From positions 1,561,714 to 1,593,713 of the forward strand of contig CAXYPO010000002.1 of NCBI GenBank assembly GCA_964290475.1: 32,000 nucleotides of DNA, written 5' to 3'. The stretch is from Enterobacter bugandensis. GTDB taxonomy: Bacteria; Pseudomonadota; Gammaproteobacteria; Enterobacterales; Enterobacteriaceae. The translations under genes were made by a program, and so were the position numbers. The notes under the pieces were generated by a model. It made no database searches and had not been told where the DNA came from. It worked only from the letters and a program-made list of their open reading frames with translations. Below are positions 19,762 to 28,058 of the stretch, piece by piece; the stretch's first letter is position 1; the number at the start of each line of letters is the position of its first letter.

Positions 19762-21300
19762 ATGGCATTTGCCCCATTGCTTGAACGCCAGCGCACGCGT
19801 TTGCTGCTGGCGCTGATCCTCGGAGCCAGCGGAACGCTGGCTTTTTCTCCTTATGACTTCTGGCCCGCCGCCCTTCTCTCCCTGATGGGGTTGCAGGGGC
19901 TGACCCTCAACCGGCGTCCGGTTCAGGCAGCAGCCATCGGCTACGCCTGGGGGTTTGGTCTGTTCGGTACCGGCATTAACTGGGTCTACGTCAGTATCGC
20001 CACCTTTGGCGGTATGCCCGGTCCGGTCAACGTCTTCCTTGTGGTGCTGCTGGCCGCCTATCTCTCGCTCTATACTGGTCTTTTTGCCGGGATCCTTTCC
20101 CGCCTGTGGCCGAAGAGCAGCTGGCTGCGCGTGGCCATTGCCGCGCCGGTTGTCTGGCAAATCACCGAGTTTCTGCGCGGCTGGGTGCTTACCGGCTTCC
20201 CGTGGCTGCAGTTTGGCTATAGCCAGATTGACGGGCCGCTGAAAGGGCTGGCGCCGGTGATGGGCGTAGAGGCGATAAACTTCCTGCTGATGGTCATCAG
20301 TGGTCTGCTGGTCCTGGCGCTGGTGCAGCGCAGCTGGCGCCCGCTGGCGGCAGCGATAGTGCTGTTTGCCCTCCCCTTCCCGCTGCGCTTTGTCCAGTGG
20401 TTTACCCCCGAGCCTGCGCGCACCATGCAGGTCTCTATGGTACAGGGCAATATTCCGCAGTCGCTGAAATGGGACGAAGGCCAGTTGCTGAACACCCTGA
20501 AGGTCTATCTCGAGGCGTCGCAGCCGGAGCTGGGCAAGTCGCAGCTGATTATCTGGCCGGAATCGGCTATTCCCGATCTGGAGATCAATCAGCAGCGTTT
20601 CCTGCATAGCGTGGATGACCTGATGCGCGCGCATAACAGCACGCTGATCACCGGTATTGTGGATGCGCGTCTGAACAAGCAGAACCGTTATGACACCTAT
20701 AACACCATCATTACGCTCGGCAAAGACAACGCCTACGACTACGGCTCGATGAATCGCTACAACAAGAACCATCTGGTGCCTTTTGGTGAATTTGTCCCGC
20801 TGGAGTCGATTCTGCGTCCGCTGGCGCCGTTCTTCGATCTGCCGATGTCCTCGTTCAGCCGTGGCCCCTATGTCCAGCCCCAGCTTAACGCGCACGGCAT
20901 GCTGCTGACCGCCGCTATCTGCTACGAGATCATTCTGGGCGAGCAGGTGCGGGATAACTTCCGCGCGGATACCGACTATCTGCTTACCATCTCCAACGAT
21001 GCGTGGTTCGGTAAATCCATCGGCCCGTGGCAGCACTTCCAGATGGCGCGTATGCGTGCGCTGGAGCTGGCACGCCCGCTGCTGCGCAGCACCAATAACG
21101 GTATCACCGCCGTGATTGGTCCGCAGGGTGAGATTCAGGCGATGATCCCACAGTTTACCCGCGAGGTGCTTACCGCCAGCGTCACCCCGACTACGGGCCT
21201 GACGCCTTATGCCCGTACCGGCAACTGGCCGCTGTGGATCCTTACCGCGCTGTTTGGCTTCGGCGCCCTGCTGATGAGCCTGCGTCAGCGCCGCAGATAA
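19762..21300 (+). CDS. lnt: Apolipoprotein N-acyltransferase, 512 aa
   Basis: [45 protein letters not shown]...; nitrilase-domain motifs WPESAIP and CYEII. Confidence 0.96.
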   Translation: MAFAPLLERQRTRLLLALILGASGTLAFSPYDFWPAALLSLMGLQGLTLNRRPVQAAAIGYAWGFGLFGTGINWVYVSIATFGGMPGPVNVFLVVLLAAYLSLYTGLFAGILSRLWPKSSWLRVAIAAPVVWQITEFLRGWVLTGFPWLQFGYSQIDGPLKGLAPVMGVEAINFLLMVISGLLVLALVQRSWRPLAAAIVLFALPFPLRFVQWFTPEPARTMQVSMVQGNIPQSLKWDEGQLLNTLKVYLEASQPELGKSQLIIWPESAIPDLEINQQRFLHSVDDLMRAHNSTLITGIVDARLNKQNRYDTYNTIITLGKDNAYDYGSMNRYNKNHLVPFGEFVPLESILRPLAPFFDLPMSSFSRGPYVQPQLNAHGMLLTAAICYEIILGEQVRDNFRADTDYLLTISNDAWFGKSIGPWQHFQMARMRALELARPLLRSTNNGITAVIGPQGEIQAMIPQFTREVLTASVTPTTGLTPYARTGNWPLWILTALFGFGALLMSLRQRRR

Positions 21301-21305
21301 TTTTC

Positions 21306-21415
21306 CCCTCACCCTAACCCTCTCCCCACAGGGGAGAGGGGACGGTACCTGCTCAGCTTTACTCTTCAGCATCGCCCTTCTCCCTCTCTCTTTCAGGATG
21401 AGGCCGTGGTGAGGG
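21306..21415. repeat. Palindromic intergenic repeat element (~110 bp)
   Basis: 8-bp outer inverted repeat CCCTCACC (21306-21313)/GGTGAGGG (21408-21415), internal 10-bp perfect hairpin CCCTCTCCCC-ACA-GGGGAGAGGG (21318-21340). Confidence 0.65.
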
Positions 21416-21484
21416 TCATTTCTGGCACGTCTGTTGCTTTATTTATCCCCGCAAAGGCAATCAGGCTTAACGTGCAACCTTGTC

Positions 21485-21521
21485 GCACCGTCCTGGTTCA
21501 GAAGTAGCACCGAAACGGTGC
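21485..21521. promoter_or_regulatory. Two tandem candidate NtrC-binding dyads upstream of gltI
   Basis: GCACC-gaaac-GGTGC (21507-21521) matches GCACC-N5-GGTGC; second GCACC-gtcct-GGTtc (21485-21499) is partial. Confidence 0.45.
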
Positions 21522-21652
21522 AACGAAAGATTTTTGCCTCTGGATGGTGCGGCGCGCTTCGCAAAAATAAACAATAACGCAGCAAAACATTTACATTAAG
21601 CCACACTAAATGTTAACAAGCTTGCATAACACTGCACTCGCCTGGCGCGAGC

Positions 21653-21669
21653 AATAACAACATCACAAT
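21653..21669 (+). promoter_or_regulatory. C/A-rich candidate GcvB target in the gltI leader
   Basis: aataacaacatcacaat at about -59 to -43 relative to gltI ATG (21712), matching the type and location of the known GcvB target. Confidence 0.6.
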
Positions 21670-21711
21670 GGGTATCAATGCGTCTCTGGCGCTGATAAGA
21701 AGGAGTTGGAT

Positions 21712-22620
21712 ATGCAATTACGTAAACTGGCCACAGCAATGCTGGTAATAGGAATGTCCGCAGGCGTGGTGCACGCTGAAGACGCTGCCCCGGCAGCCGG
21801 CAGCACCCTCGACAAAATTGCCAAAAACGGCGTGATCGTGGTCGGCCACCGTGAATCATCTGTCCCGTTCTCATACTACGACAACACGCAAAAAGTCGTG
21901 GGCTACTCACAGGACTACTCCAACGCCATCGTCGACGCGGTGAAGAAAAAGCTGAACAAGCCAAACCTGGAAGTGAAGCTGATCCCTATCACCTCGCAGA
22001 ACCGTATTCCGCTGCTGCAGAACGGTACTTTCGATTTTGAGTGTGGCTCCACCACCAACAACCTGGAGCGTCAGAAACAGGCCGCCTTCTCCGACACCAT
22101 CTTTGTAGTGGGCACCCGACTGCTCACCAAAAAAGGCGGTGATATTAAAGACTTCGCCGATCTGAAAGGCAAAGCGGTAGTGGTGACCTCCGGTACCACC
22201 TCTGAAGTGCTGCTGCACAAGCTGAACGACGAGAAGAAAATGGATATGCGCATCATCAGCGCCAAAGACCACGGCGACTCTTTCCGCACCCTGGAGAGCG
22301 GCCGCGCGGTGGCGTTCATGATGGATGACGCCCTGCTGGCAGGTGAGCGTGCAAAAGCGAAAAAACCAGACAACTGGGAGATCGTGGGCACGCCGCAGTC
22401 CAAAGAGGCTTACGGCTGCATGATGCGTAAAGACGACGCGGACTTTAAAAAGCTGGTAGATGAGACCATCAGCCAGGTTCAAAAAGATGGCGATGCGGAA
22501 AAATGGTTCGATAAGTGGTTTAACAAGCCAATCCCACCGAAAAACCTGAACATGAATTTTGAACTCTCTGACGACATGAAAGCGCTGTTCAAAGATCCGA
22601 ATGACAAGGCTCTTAACTAA
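21712..22620 (+). CDS. gltI: Glutamate/aspartate ABC transporter periplasmic binding protein
   Basis: MQLRKLATAMLVIGMSAGVVHAEDAAPAAGSTLDKIAKNGVIVVGHRESSVPFSYYD... Confidence 0.97.
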   Translation: MQLRKLATAMLVIGMSAGVVHAEDAAPAAGSTLDKIAKNGVIVVGHRESSVPFSYYDNTQKVVGYSQDYSNAIVDAVKKKLNKPNLEVKLIPITSQNRIPLLQNGTFDFECGSTTNNLERQKQAAFSDTIFVVGTRLLTKKGGDIKDFADLKGKAVVVTSGTTSEVLLHKLNDEKKMDMRIISAKDHGDSFRTLESGRAVAFMMDDALLAGERAKAKKPDNWEIVGTPQSKEAYGCMMRKDDADFKKLVDETISQVQKDGDAEKWFDKWFNKPIPPKNLNMNFELSDDMKALFKDPNDKALN

Positions 22621-22763
22621 TTAAAACCAATAAGGGCAGGTTCTCCTGCCCTCTCGATTGTCGGGAAGCAGGACAGACTATACGTTGAGTGGTCGTTCCC
22701 CACTCAGCGCGAACATTGAAGCTTCTCACCAATCTTCGAGGGTAGCGCTGCTACCCTTTTTTT
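22600..22763 (+). ncRNA. sroC: SroC-like sRNA from the gltI-gltJ intergenic region (boundaries approximate)
   Basis: Position between gltI and gltJ with internal hairpins and terminator gggtagcgctgctacccttttttt at 22740-22763, as for SroC. Confidence 0.65.
22740..22763 (+). terminator. Internal terminator between gltI and gltJ (3' end of SroC)
   Basis: gggtagcgctgctaccc followed by a T-run. Confidence 0.85.
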
Positions 22764-22775
22764 CTGGAGTTTATT

Positions 22776-23516
22776 ATGTCAATAGACTGGAACTGGGGCA
22801 TTTTTCTGCAACAAGCCCCGTTCGGCAACACCACCTATCTCGGCTGGCTGTGGAGCGGCTTTCAGGTTACCGTCGCGCTGTCGATCACGGCCTGGATCAT
22901 CGCTTTTCTGGTTGGTTCCCTGTTCGGTATTTTACGCACCGTACCGAATCGTTTTCTCTCATCTATCGGCACCCTTTACGTTGAACTGTTCCGCAACGTT
23001 CCGCTAATCGTCCAGTTCTTTACCTGGTATCTGGTAGTGCCGGAGCTGCTGCCGGAAGATCTCGGTATGTGGTTCAAGGCGGAGCTTGACCCTAACGTGC
23101 AGTTCTTTATCTCCTCGATGCTCTGTCTGGGGCTGTTTACCGCCGCGCGCGTTTGCGAGCAGGTGCGTGCCGCTATCCAGTCGCTGCCGCGCGGGCAGAA
23201 AAATGCCGCGCTGGCGATGGGGCTGACTTTACCCCAGGCATACCGCTACGTGCTGCTGCCTAACGCCTATCGGGTGATCGTGCCGCCGATGACCTCCGAG
23301 ATGATGAACCTGGTAAAAAACTCGGCTATCGCTTCAACCATCGGTCTGGTGGATATGGCCGCGCAGGCGGGCAAACTGCTGGACTACTCCGCCCATGCGT
23401 GGGAATCCTTTACCGCGATTACCCTCGCGTATGTGTTAATTAATACCGTGATTATGCTGGTAATGAACCTGGTCGAACGTAAAGTCCGCCTGCCGGGCAA
23501 CCTGGGGGGCAAATAA
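22776..23516 (+). CDS. gltJ: Glutamate/aspartate ABC transporter permease, 246 aa
   Basis: [35 protein letters not shown]...; operon position. Confidence 0.97.
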   Translation: MSIDWNWGIFLQQAPFGNTTYLGWLWSGFQVTVALSITAWIIAFLVGSLFGILRTVPNRFLSSIGTLYVELFRNVPLIVQFFTWYLVVPELLPEDLGMWFKAELDPNVQFFISSMLCLGLFTAARVCEQVRAAIQSLPRGQKNAALAMGLTLPQAYRYVLLPNAYRVIVPPMTSEMMNLVKNSAIASTIGLVDMAAQAGKLLDYSAHAWESFTAITLAYVLINTVIMLVMNLVERKVRLPGNLGGK

Positions 23517-24190
23517 TGTACGAATTTGACTGGAGTTCTATCGCCCCCTCCATGCCCTATCTGCTGGACGGGCTGGTTATTACCCTGAAGATCACCATTA
23601 CGGCGGTGATCGTCGGGATTGTCTGGGGCACCCTGCTGGCGGTGATGCGCCTGTCGAGCTTTAAGCCGTTCGCCTGGTTCGCCACTGCCTATGTTAACGT
23701 CTTCCGCTCTATTCCGCTGGTGATGGTGCTGCTGTGGTTCTACCTGATCGTTCCGGGCCTGCTGCAGAACGTGCTGGGGCTGTCGCCGAAATCTGACATC
23801 CGCCTTATCTCGGCGATGGTGGCATTCTCGATGTTTGAGGCCGCCTACTACTCCGAGATTATTCGCGCCGGCATTCAGAGTATCTCCCGCGGGCAGTCCA
23901 GCGCGGCGCTGGCGCTGGGGATGACCCACTGGCAGTCGATGAAACTCATCATCCTGCCGCAGGCGTTCCGCGCCATGGTTCCCCTGCTGCTTACCCAGGG
24001 CATCGTATTGTTCCAGGATACCTCGCTGGTGTATGTCTTAAGTCTGGCGGACTTCTTCCGTACCGCCTCGACGATTGGTGAACGTGACGGTACACAGGTT
24101 GAGATGATCCTGTTTGCAGGTGCGGTCTATTTTGCAATTAGTTTAAGCGCGTCGCTGTTGGTCAGCTGGCTGAAGAGAAGGACAGTCTAA
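23516..24190 (+). CDS. gltK: Glutamate/aspartate ABC transporter permease, 224 aa
   Basis: [28 protein letters not shown]...; 1-nt overlaps with neighbours. Confidence 0.97.
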   Translation: MYEFDWSSIAPSMPYLLDGLVITLKITITAVIVGIVWGTLLAVMRLSSFKPFAWFATAYVNVFRSIPLVMVLLWFYLIVPGLLQNVLGLSPKSDIRLISAMVAFSMFEAAYYSEIIRAGIQSISRGQSSAALALGMTHWQSMKLIILPQAFRAMVPLLLTQGIVLFQDTSLVYVLSLADFFRTASTIGERDGTQVEMILFAGAVYFAISLSASLLVSWLKRRTV

Positions 24191-24915
24191 TGATTTCCCT
24201 GAAAAATGTTTCTAAATGGTATGGGCACTTTCAGGTGCTGACCGATTGCTCCACCTCAGTAAAGAAAGGCGAAGTCGTCGTCGTTTGCGGACCATCGGGT
24301 TCCGGTAAATCCACGCTGATTAAAACCGTCAATGGCCTGGAGCCGGTACAGCAGGGCGAGATCACCGTTAACGGCATCGTCGTAAACAGCAAGAAAACCG
24401 ATCTGGCAAAGCTGCGCTCGAAGGTGGGAATGGTGTTCCAGCACTTCGAGCTGTTCCCGCATCTGTCGATCATTGAGAACCTGACCCTGGCGCAGGTGAA
24501 GGTCCTGAAGCGTGATAAAGCGGCAGCCCGCGATAAGGGTCTGAAGCTGCTGGAGCGCGTCGGGCTTTCCGCCCATGCCGATAAGTTCCCGGCACAGCTC
24601 TCCGGTGGCCAGCAGCAGCGTGTGGCGATAGCCCGCGCGCTCTGTATGGATCCGGTGGCGATGCTGTTTGATGAACCCACCTCCGCACTCGATCCCGAGA
24701 TGATCAACGAGGTGCTGGACGTCATGGTTGAGCTGGCTAATGAAGGGATGACCATGATGGTGGTGACCCACGAAATGGGCTTTGCGCGCAAAGTGGCGAA
24801 CCGCGTGATCTTTATGGATGAAGGCAAAATCGTGGAGGACTCGGCCAAAGAAGAGTTCTTTGCCAACCCGCAATCCGATCGTGCCAAAGATTTCCTCGCC
24901 AAAATCCTGCACTAA
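24190..24915 (+). CDS. gltL: Glutamate/aspartate ABC transporter ATPase, 241 aa
   Basis: Walker [13 protein letters not shown], signature [15 protein letters not shown]. Confidence 0.97.
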   Translation: MISLKNVSKWYGHFQVLTDCSTSVKKGEVVVVCGPSGSGKSTLIKTVNGLEPVQQGEITVNGIVVNSKKTDLAKLRSKVGMVFQHFELFPHLSIIENLTLAQVKVLKRDKAAARDKGLKLLERVGLSAHADKFPAQLSGGQQQRVAIARALCMDPVAMLFDEPTSALDPEMINEVLDVMVELANEGMTMMVVTHEMGFARKVANRVIFMDEGKIVEDSAKEEFFANPQSDRAKDFLAKILH

Positions 24916-24922
24916 ACTTCCC

Positions 24923-24949
24923 GGTGCGCAATCGCTCAGATTGCGCACC
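24923..24949 (+). repeat. Perfect 11-bp inverted repeat downstream of gltL
   Basis: ggtgcgcaatc-gctca-gattgcgcacc; no strong T-run follows. Confidence 0.8.
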
Positions 24950-25034
24950 TGCTCACGTTTTACACCGCGACTTCTCGTCGACAAGCACTGACAGCGTTAA
25001 CCTTGTCACACATATGCTGTGAATGGAGAACGCT

Positions 25035-25970
25035 ATGGCACTACCGATTATTCTTGATTGCGACCCGGGTCATGATGACGCGATCGCTCTCATTCTGGCC
25101 CTCGCCTCACCCGAACTGGATCTTAAGGCGGTCACCTCTTCTGCCGGAAACCAGACTCCGGACAAAACCCTGCGCAACGTGCTGCGGATGCTGACTCTGT
25201 TAAAGCGCAGCGATATTCCGGTTGCCGGAGGGGCAATTAGGCCGCTGATGCGTGACCTGATTATCGCCGATAACGTCCATGGGGAAAGCGGCCTTGATGG
25301 CCCCGCCCTGCCCGAGCCGGACTTTGCCCCGCAAAATTGCACTGCCGTAGAGCTGATGGCGAAAGTGCTGCGCGAAAGCCCGGAGCCGGTTACCCTGGTC
25401 GCTACCGGCCCGCAAACCAACGTTGCCCTGCTGCTGAACAGCCATCCGGAGCTGCATGCTAAAATCGCCCGGATAGTGATCATGGGTGGTGCAATGGGGC
25501 TGGGTAACTGGACACCTGCCGCTGAGTTCAACATTTTTGTCGATCCTGAAGCGGCCGAAATCGTCTTCCAGTCCGGTATACCGGTAGTGATGGCCGGCCT
25601 GGATGTGACCCATAAGGCGCAAATTATGGCGGAGGATATCGAGCGTTTTCGCCAGATCGGCAACCCGGTGGCCACCACGGTCGCAGAGCTACTGGACTTC
25701 TTTATGCAGTACCATAAAACCGAGAAATGGGGCTTTAAAGGCGCGCCCTTGCATGATCCTTGCACCATCGCCTGGTTGCTGAAGCCAGCGATTTTCACCA
25801 CGATAGAACGTTGGGTGGGCGTCGAAACGCAGGGGAAATATACCCAGGGCATGACGGTAGTCGATTATTACTTCCTCACCAATAATGAACCCAATACGAC
25901 ATTGATGACCGATCTCGATCGCCAGGCCTTTGTTGATTTACTGGCAGAACGCCTGAATTTTTATTCCTGA
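25035..25970 (+). CDS. rihA: Pyrimidine-specific ribonucleoside hydrolase RihA
   Basis: [33 protein letters not shown]...; start at 25035 by homology. Confidence 0.96.
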   Translation: MALPIILDCDPGHDDAIALILALASPELDLKAVTSSAGNQTPDKTLRNVLRMLTLLKRSDIPVAGGAIRPLMRDLIIADNVHGESGLDGPALPEPDFAPQNCTAVELMAKVLRESPEPVTLVATGPQTNVALLLNSHPELHAKIARIVIMGGAMGLGNWTPAAEFNIFVDPEAAEIVFQSGIPVVMAGLDVTHKAQIMAEDIERFRQIGNPVATTVAELLDFFMQYHKTEKWGFKGAPLHDPCTIAWLLKPAIFTTIERWVGVETQGKYTQGMTVVDYYFLTNNEPNTTLMTDLDRQAFVDLLAERLNFYS

Positions 25971-25986
25971 AGGCATTGTTTTCATT

Positions 25987-26013
25987 AAGCTCCTGCCGTA
26001 ACGCAGGGGCTTT
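25987..26013 (+). terminator. rihA terminator
   Basis: aagctcctgccgtaacgcaggggctttt-like hairpin (10-bp stem with one G:U). Confidence 0.7.
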
Positions 26014-26167
26014 ACTCATGCCAACATGAATTTGAATTTTAAAAAATGAGAATCCAGTTCACATATAAATGAGGAAAACAATATAGAAGGGATGACTTTT
26101 TTTGGCTAGCATAGCTCCCCTTTTTACTTTTTATTCTTCAATCAAAAATGTAATTTGATCATGAAAA

Positions 26168-26221
26168 TTCATTTTTCCTAAAGAGAGTTTTCATTTTTCA
26201 AGTTGACGCTTTTGCGATAAT
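26168..26221 (+). promoter_or_regulatory. Candidate promoter region of the TPS locus
   Basis: Extended -10 TGCGATAAT (26213-26221), preceded by two exact direct repeats TTCATTTTTC at 26168-26177 and 26190-26199. Confidence 0.4.
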
Positions 26222-26289
26222 GTAGGCTGTCTTTAATTATATGCTGAGAAGGACTCTCACATATTTATACAGGCATCACCCTCTGGTCA

Positions 26290-27990
26290 ATGAAACAAAA
26301 TGGATATTGCTTCATGCTGAAAAAGAAAAACGGCTTTATCGTCGGGCTTATTATTGCCATTACACTTTGCCATAATGCCGCCGCCAGTATTTCACACTCA
26401 ACTACGAACCAGTTAGATCAGGATCGGGCACGTGAAACTGCGCTTACCCCTCAGCAGCAAGAGTATAAATCCTCGCAGGAAAACTCCGCCAGAGGAAATA
26501 TCGAATTCCCCAAAGAGGATAACTGTAAATATATTAAAGAGGTTAATATTGAGTCAGAGGATAATAAGCTAACAAATAAACTACTGGGTAAAATAATTAG
26601 TCAGGCAAAATATCAATGCATTGGTATTGAAGGGATCCGTCTGCTCGCCAGTACTTTACAGAATGAGCTCATTATTAAAGGTTATATAACCTCTCTGATT
26701 GACGTTCCATCCCAGTCACTGGAGCATGGGGTACTACATTTAACCTTAACCTACGGCAAAATCGGTCAAATTGCCTATGCGGACGATGAGCCCCTAAATA
26801 AAACATTGCTGTGGAACTCTCTCCCGTTCTCGGAGGATGACATTCTGCGGCTGCCCGATCTCGAACAAGGGATGGCTAATCTCCAGCGCCTCCCGGGCTC
26901 TTCAGCCCATATGCAGCTGCTGCCCGGGCTGAAACACGCCGAGAGCAATATACGCCTTACCCGTAAGCTCGATAAAATGTGGCAAATAGGCGCCTGGCTG
27001 GATGATGCCGGAAGCCGCTCTACCGGCCGCTATCAGGGCGGTGGTGCCCTCTATCTGTATGACCTGACCTCGCTTAACGATATTATCTATGTTGCTGCCG
27101 GGAGCGATGTTGAGTTCAATCAGCACGAAAAGGGGAATAAAAACAGCAGCGTTTATTACTCCATCCCCTTTGGCTACTGGAATATGAGCCTGTACGCGTC
27201 GCAAAGCGAGTATCTTCAGCAGTTTCGTGGCCAGTGGTCTACCAACGATTACGAAAGTAAAAATCGCTATTACAGCGCGACGCTTTCACGGCTGCTGTCC
27301 CATACCCGCAGCCAAAAAACATCGCTGGAGACCAGGGTATTTAAAAGTCTCTCCCACTACTACTTTGGTGGCGAAGAGCTACAGGTGATGCGTAAGCAAA
27401 ACCCCGGCTGGGAGGTCGTCCTTCGCCATCAACGCTATTTCGACAATGCCGTTGTTGATGCCTCGGTGGGGGTGCAAAACAAGCTCCGCTGGTTAGGCTC
27501 TACAGCAACACCGGAGGAAAAAGCCGGCCTGTATGATAACGAGGCCCGGATTGTTCATGCCGATCTGCAGGCATATATCAAATTTGCAGCAACCAGCGAT
27601 AAATTTACCTGGGCGCCGAAAATAACTTTACAGTTAAGTCCCGATGAACTTTCTACCGATAATAAATTTAATATGGGTAGCCGCTGGTCGGTGCGCGGTT
27701 TTGATGGCGAAAGCACCTTATCGGGTAATCAGGGTTGGTACTGGCGTAACGATTTTATCTGGGATTTACCCCTACCGGGCCAGCAATTTTATACCGGTCT
27801 GGATATAGGCAGACTGCAAGGAAGCGAGCAGTATGGCCAGGGAAAAGTTCTTTCCGGGGCTGTTGCAGGATTACGCGGTGAATTCATGTCCACCGAGTAT
27901 GACCTTTTTATTGGAACGCCTTTATATAAACCGAAAAGTTTTCACTCCCAAGCACTTAATATGGGCTTTTCAATGCAATGGAGGTATTAA
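26290..27990 (+). CDS. TpsB-type two-partner secretion outer-membrane transporter (ShlB/FhaC/HecB family); start could be 26290 or 26314
   Basis: Signal peptide LKKKNGFIVGLIIAITLCHNAAA, POTRA-type segment GYITSLIDVPSQSLEHGVLHLTLTYGKIG, barrel signature GSRWSVRGFDGESTLSGNQGWYWRNDF, C-terminal beta strand ALNMGFSMQWRY. Confidence 0.93.
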   Translation: MKQNGYCFMLKKKNGFIVGLIIAITLCHNAAASISHSTTNQLDQDRARETALTPQQQEYKSSQENSARGNIEFPKEDNCKYIKEVNIESEDNKLTNKLLGKIISQAKYQCIGIEGIRLLASTLQNELIIKGYITSLIDVPSQSLEHGVLHLTLTYGKIGQIAYADDEPLNKTLLWNSLPFSEDDILRLPDLEQGMANLQRLPGSSAHMQLLPGLKHAESNIRLTRKLDKMWQIGAWLDDAGSRSTGRYQGGGALYLYDLTSLNDIIYVAAGSDVEFNQHEKGNKNSSVYYSIPFGYWNMSLYASQSEYLQQFRGQWSTNDYESKNRYYSATLSRLLSHTRSQKTSLETRVFKSLSHYYFGGEELQVMRKQNPGWEVVLRHQRYFDNAVVDASVGVQNKLRWLGSTATPEEKAGLYDNEARIVHADLQAYIKFAATSDKFTWAPKITLQLSPDELSTDNKFNMGSRWSVRGFDGESTLSGNQGWYWRNDFIWDLPLPGQQFYTGLDIGRLQGSEQYGQGKVLSGAVAGLRGEFMSTEYDLFIGTPLYKPKSFHSQALNMGFSMQWRY

Positions 27991-28058
27991 CCTAATACGA
28001 CAATAGATTTTTGCAGTTCTGTATTGTTTGACGTTTATTATTTAAAGGAATAAATACA

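Noticed and set aside
19708-21372. 554-aa minus-strand ORF opposite lnt
   Set aside because: Shadow of lnt; its N-terminus (VPSPLPCGERVRVRG) is the translated palindromic repeat.
28020-28058. Separate promoter for tpsA (ttgacg with taaata 17 nt later)
   Set aside because: The putative -10 would overlap the ribosome-binding region right before the ATG; cotranscription with tpsB is simpler.
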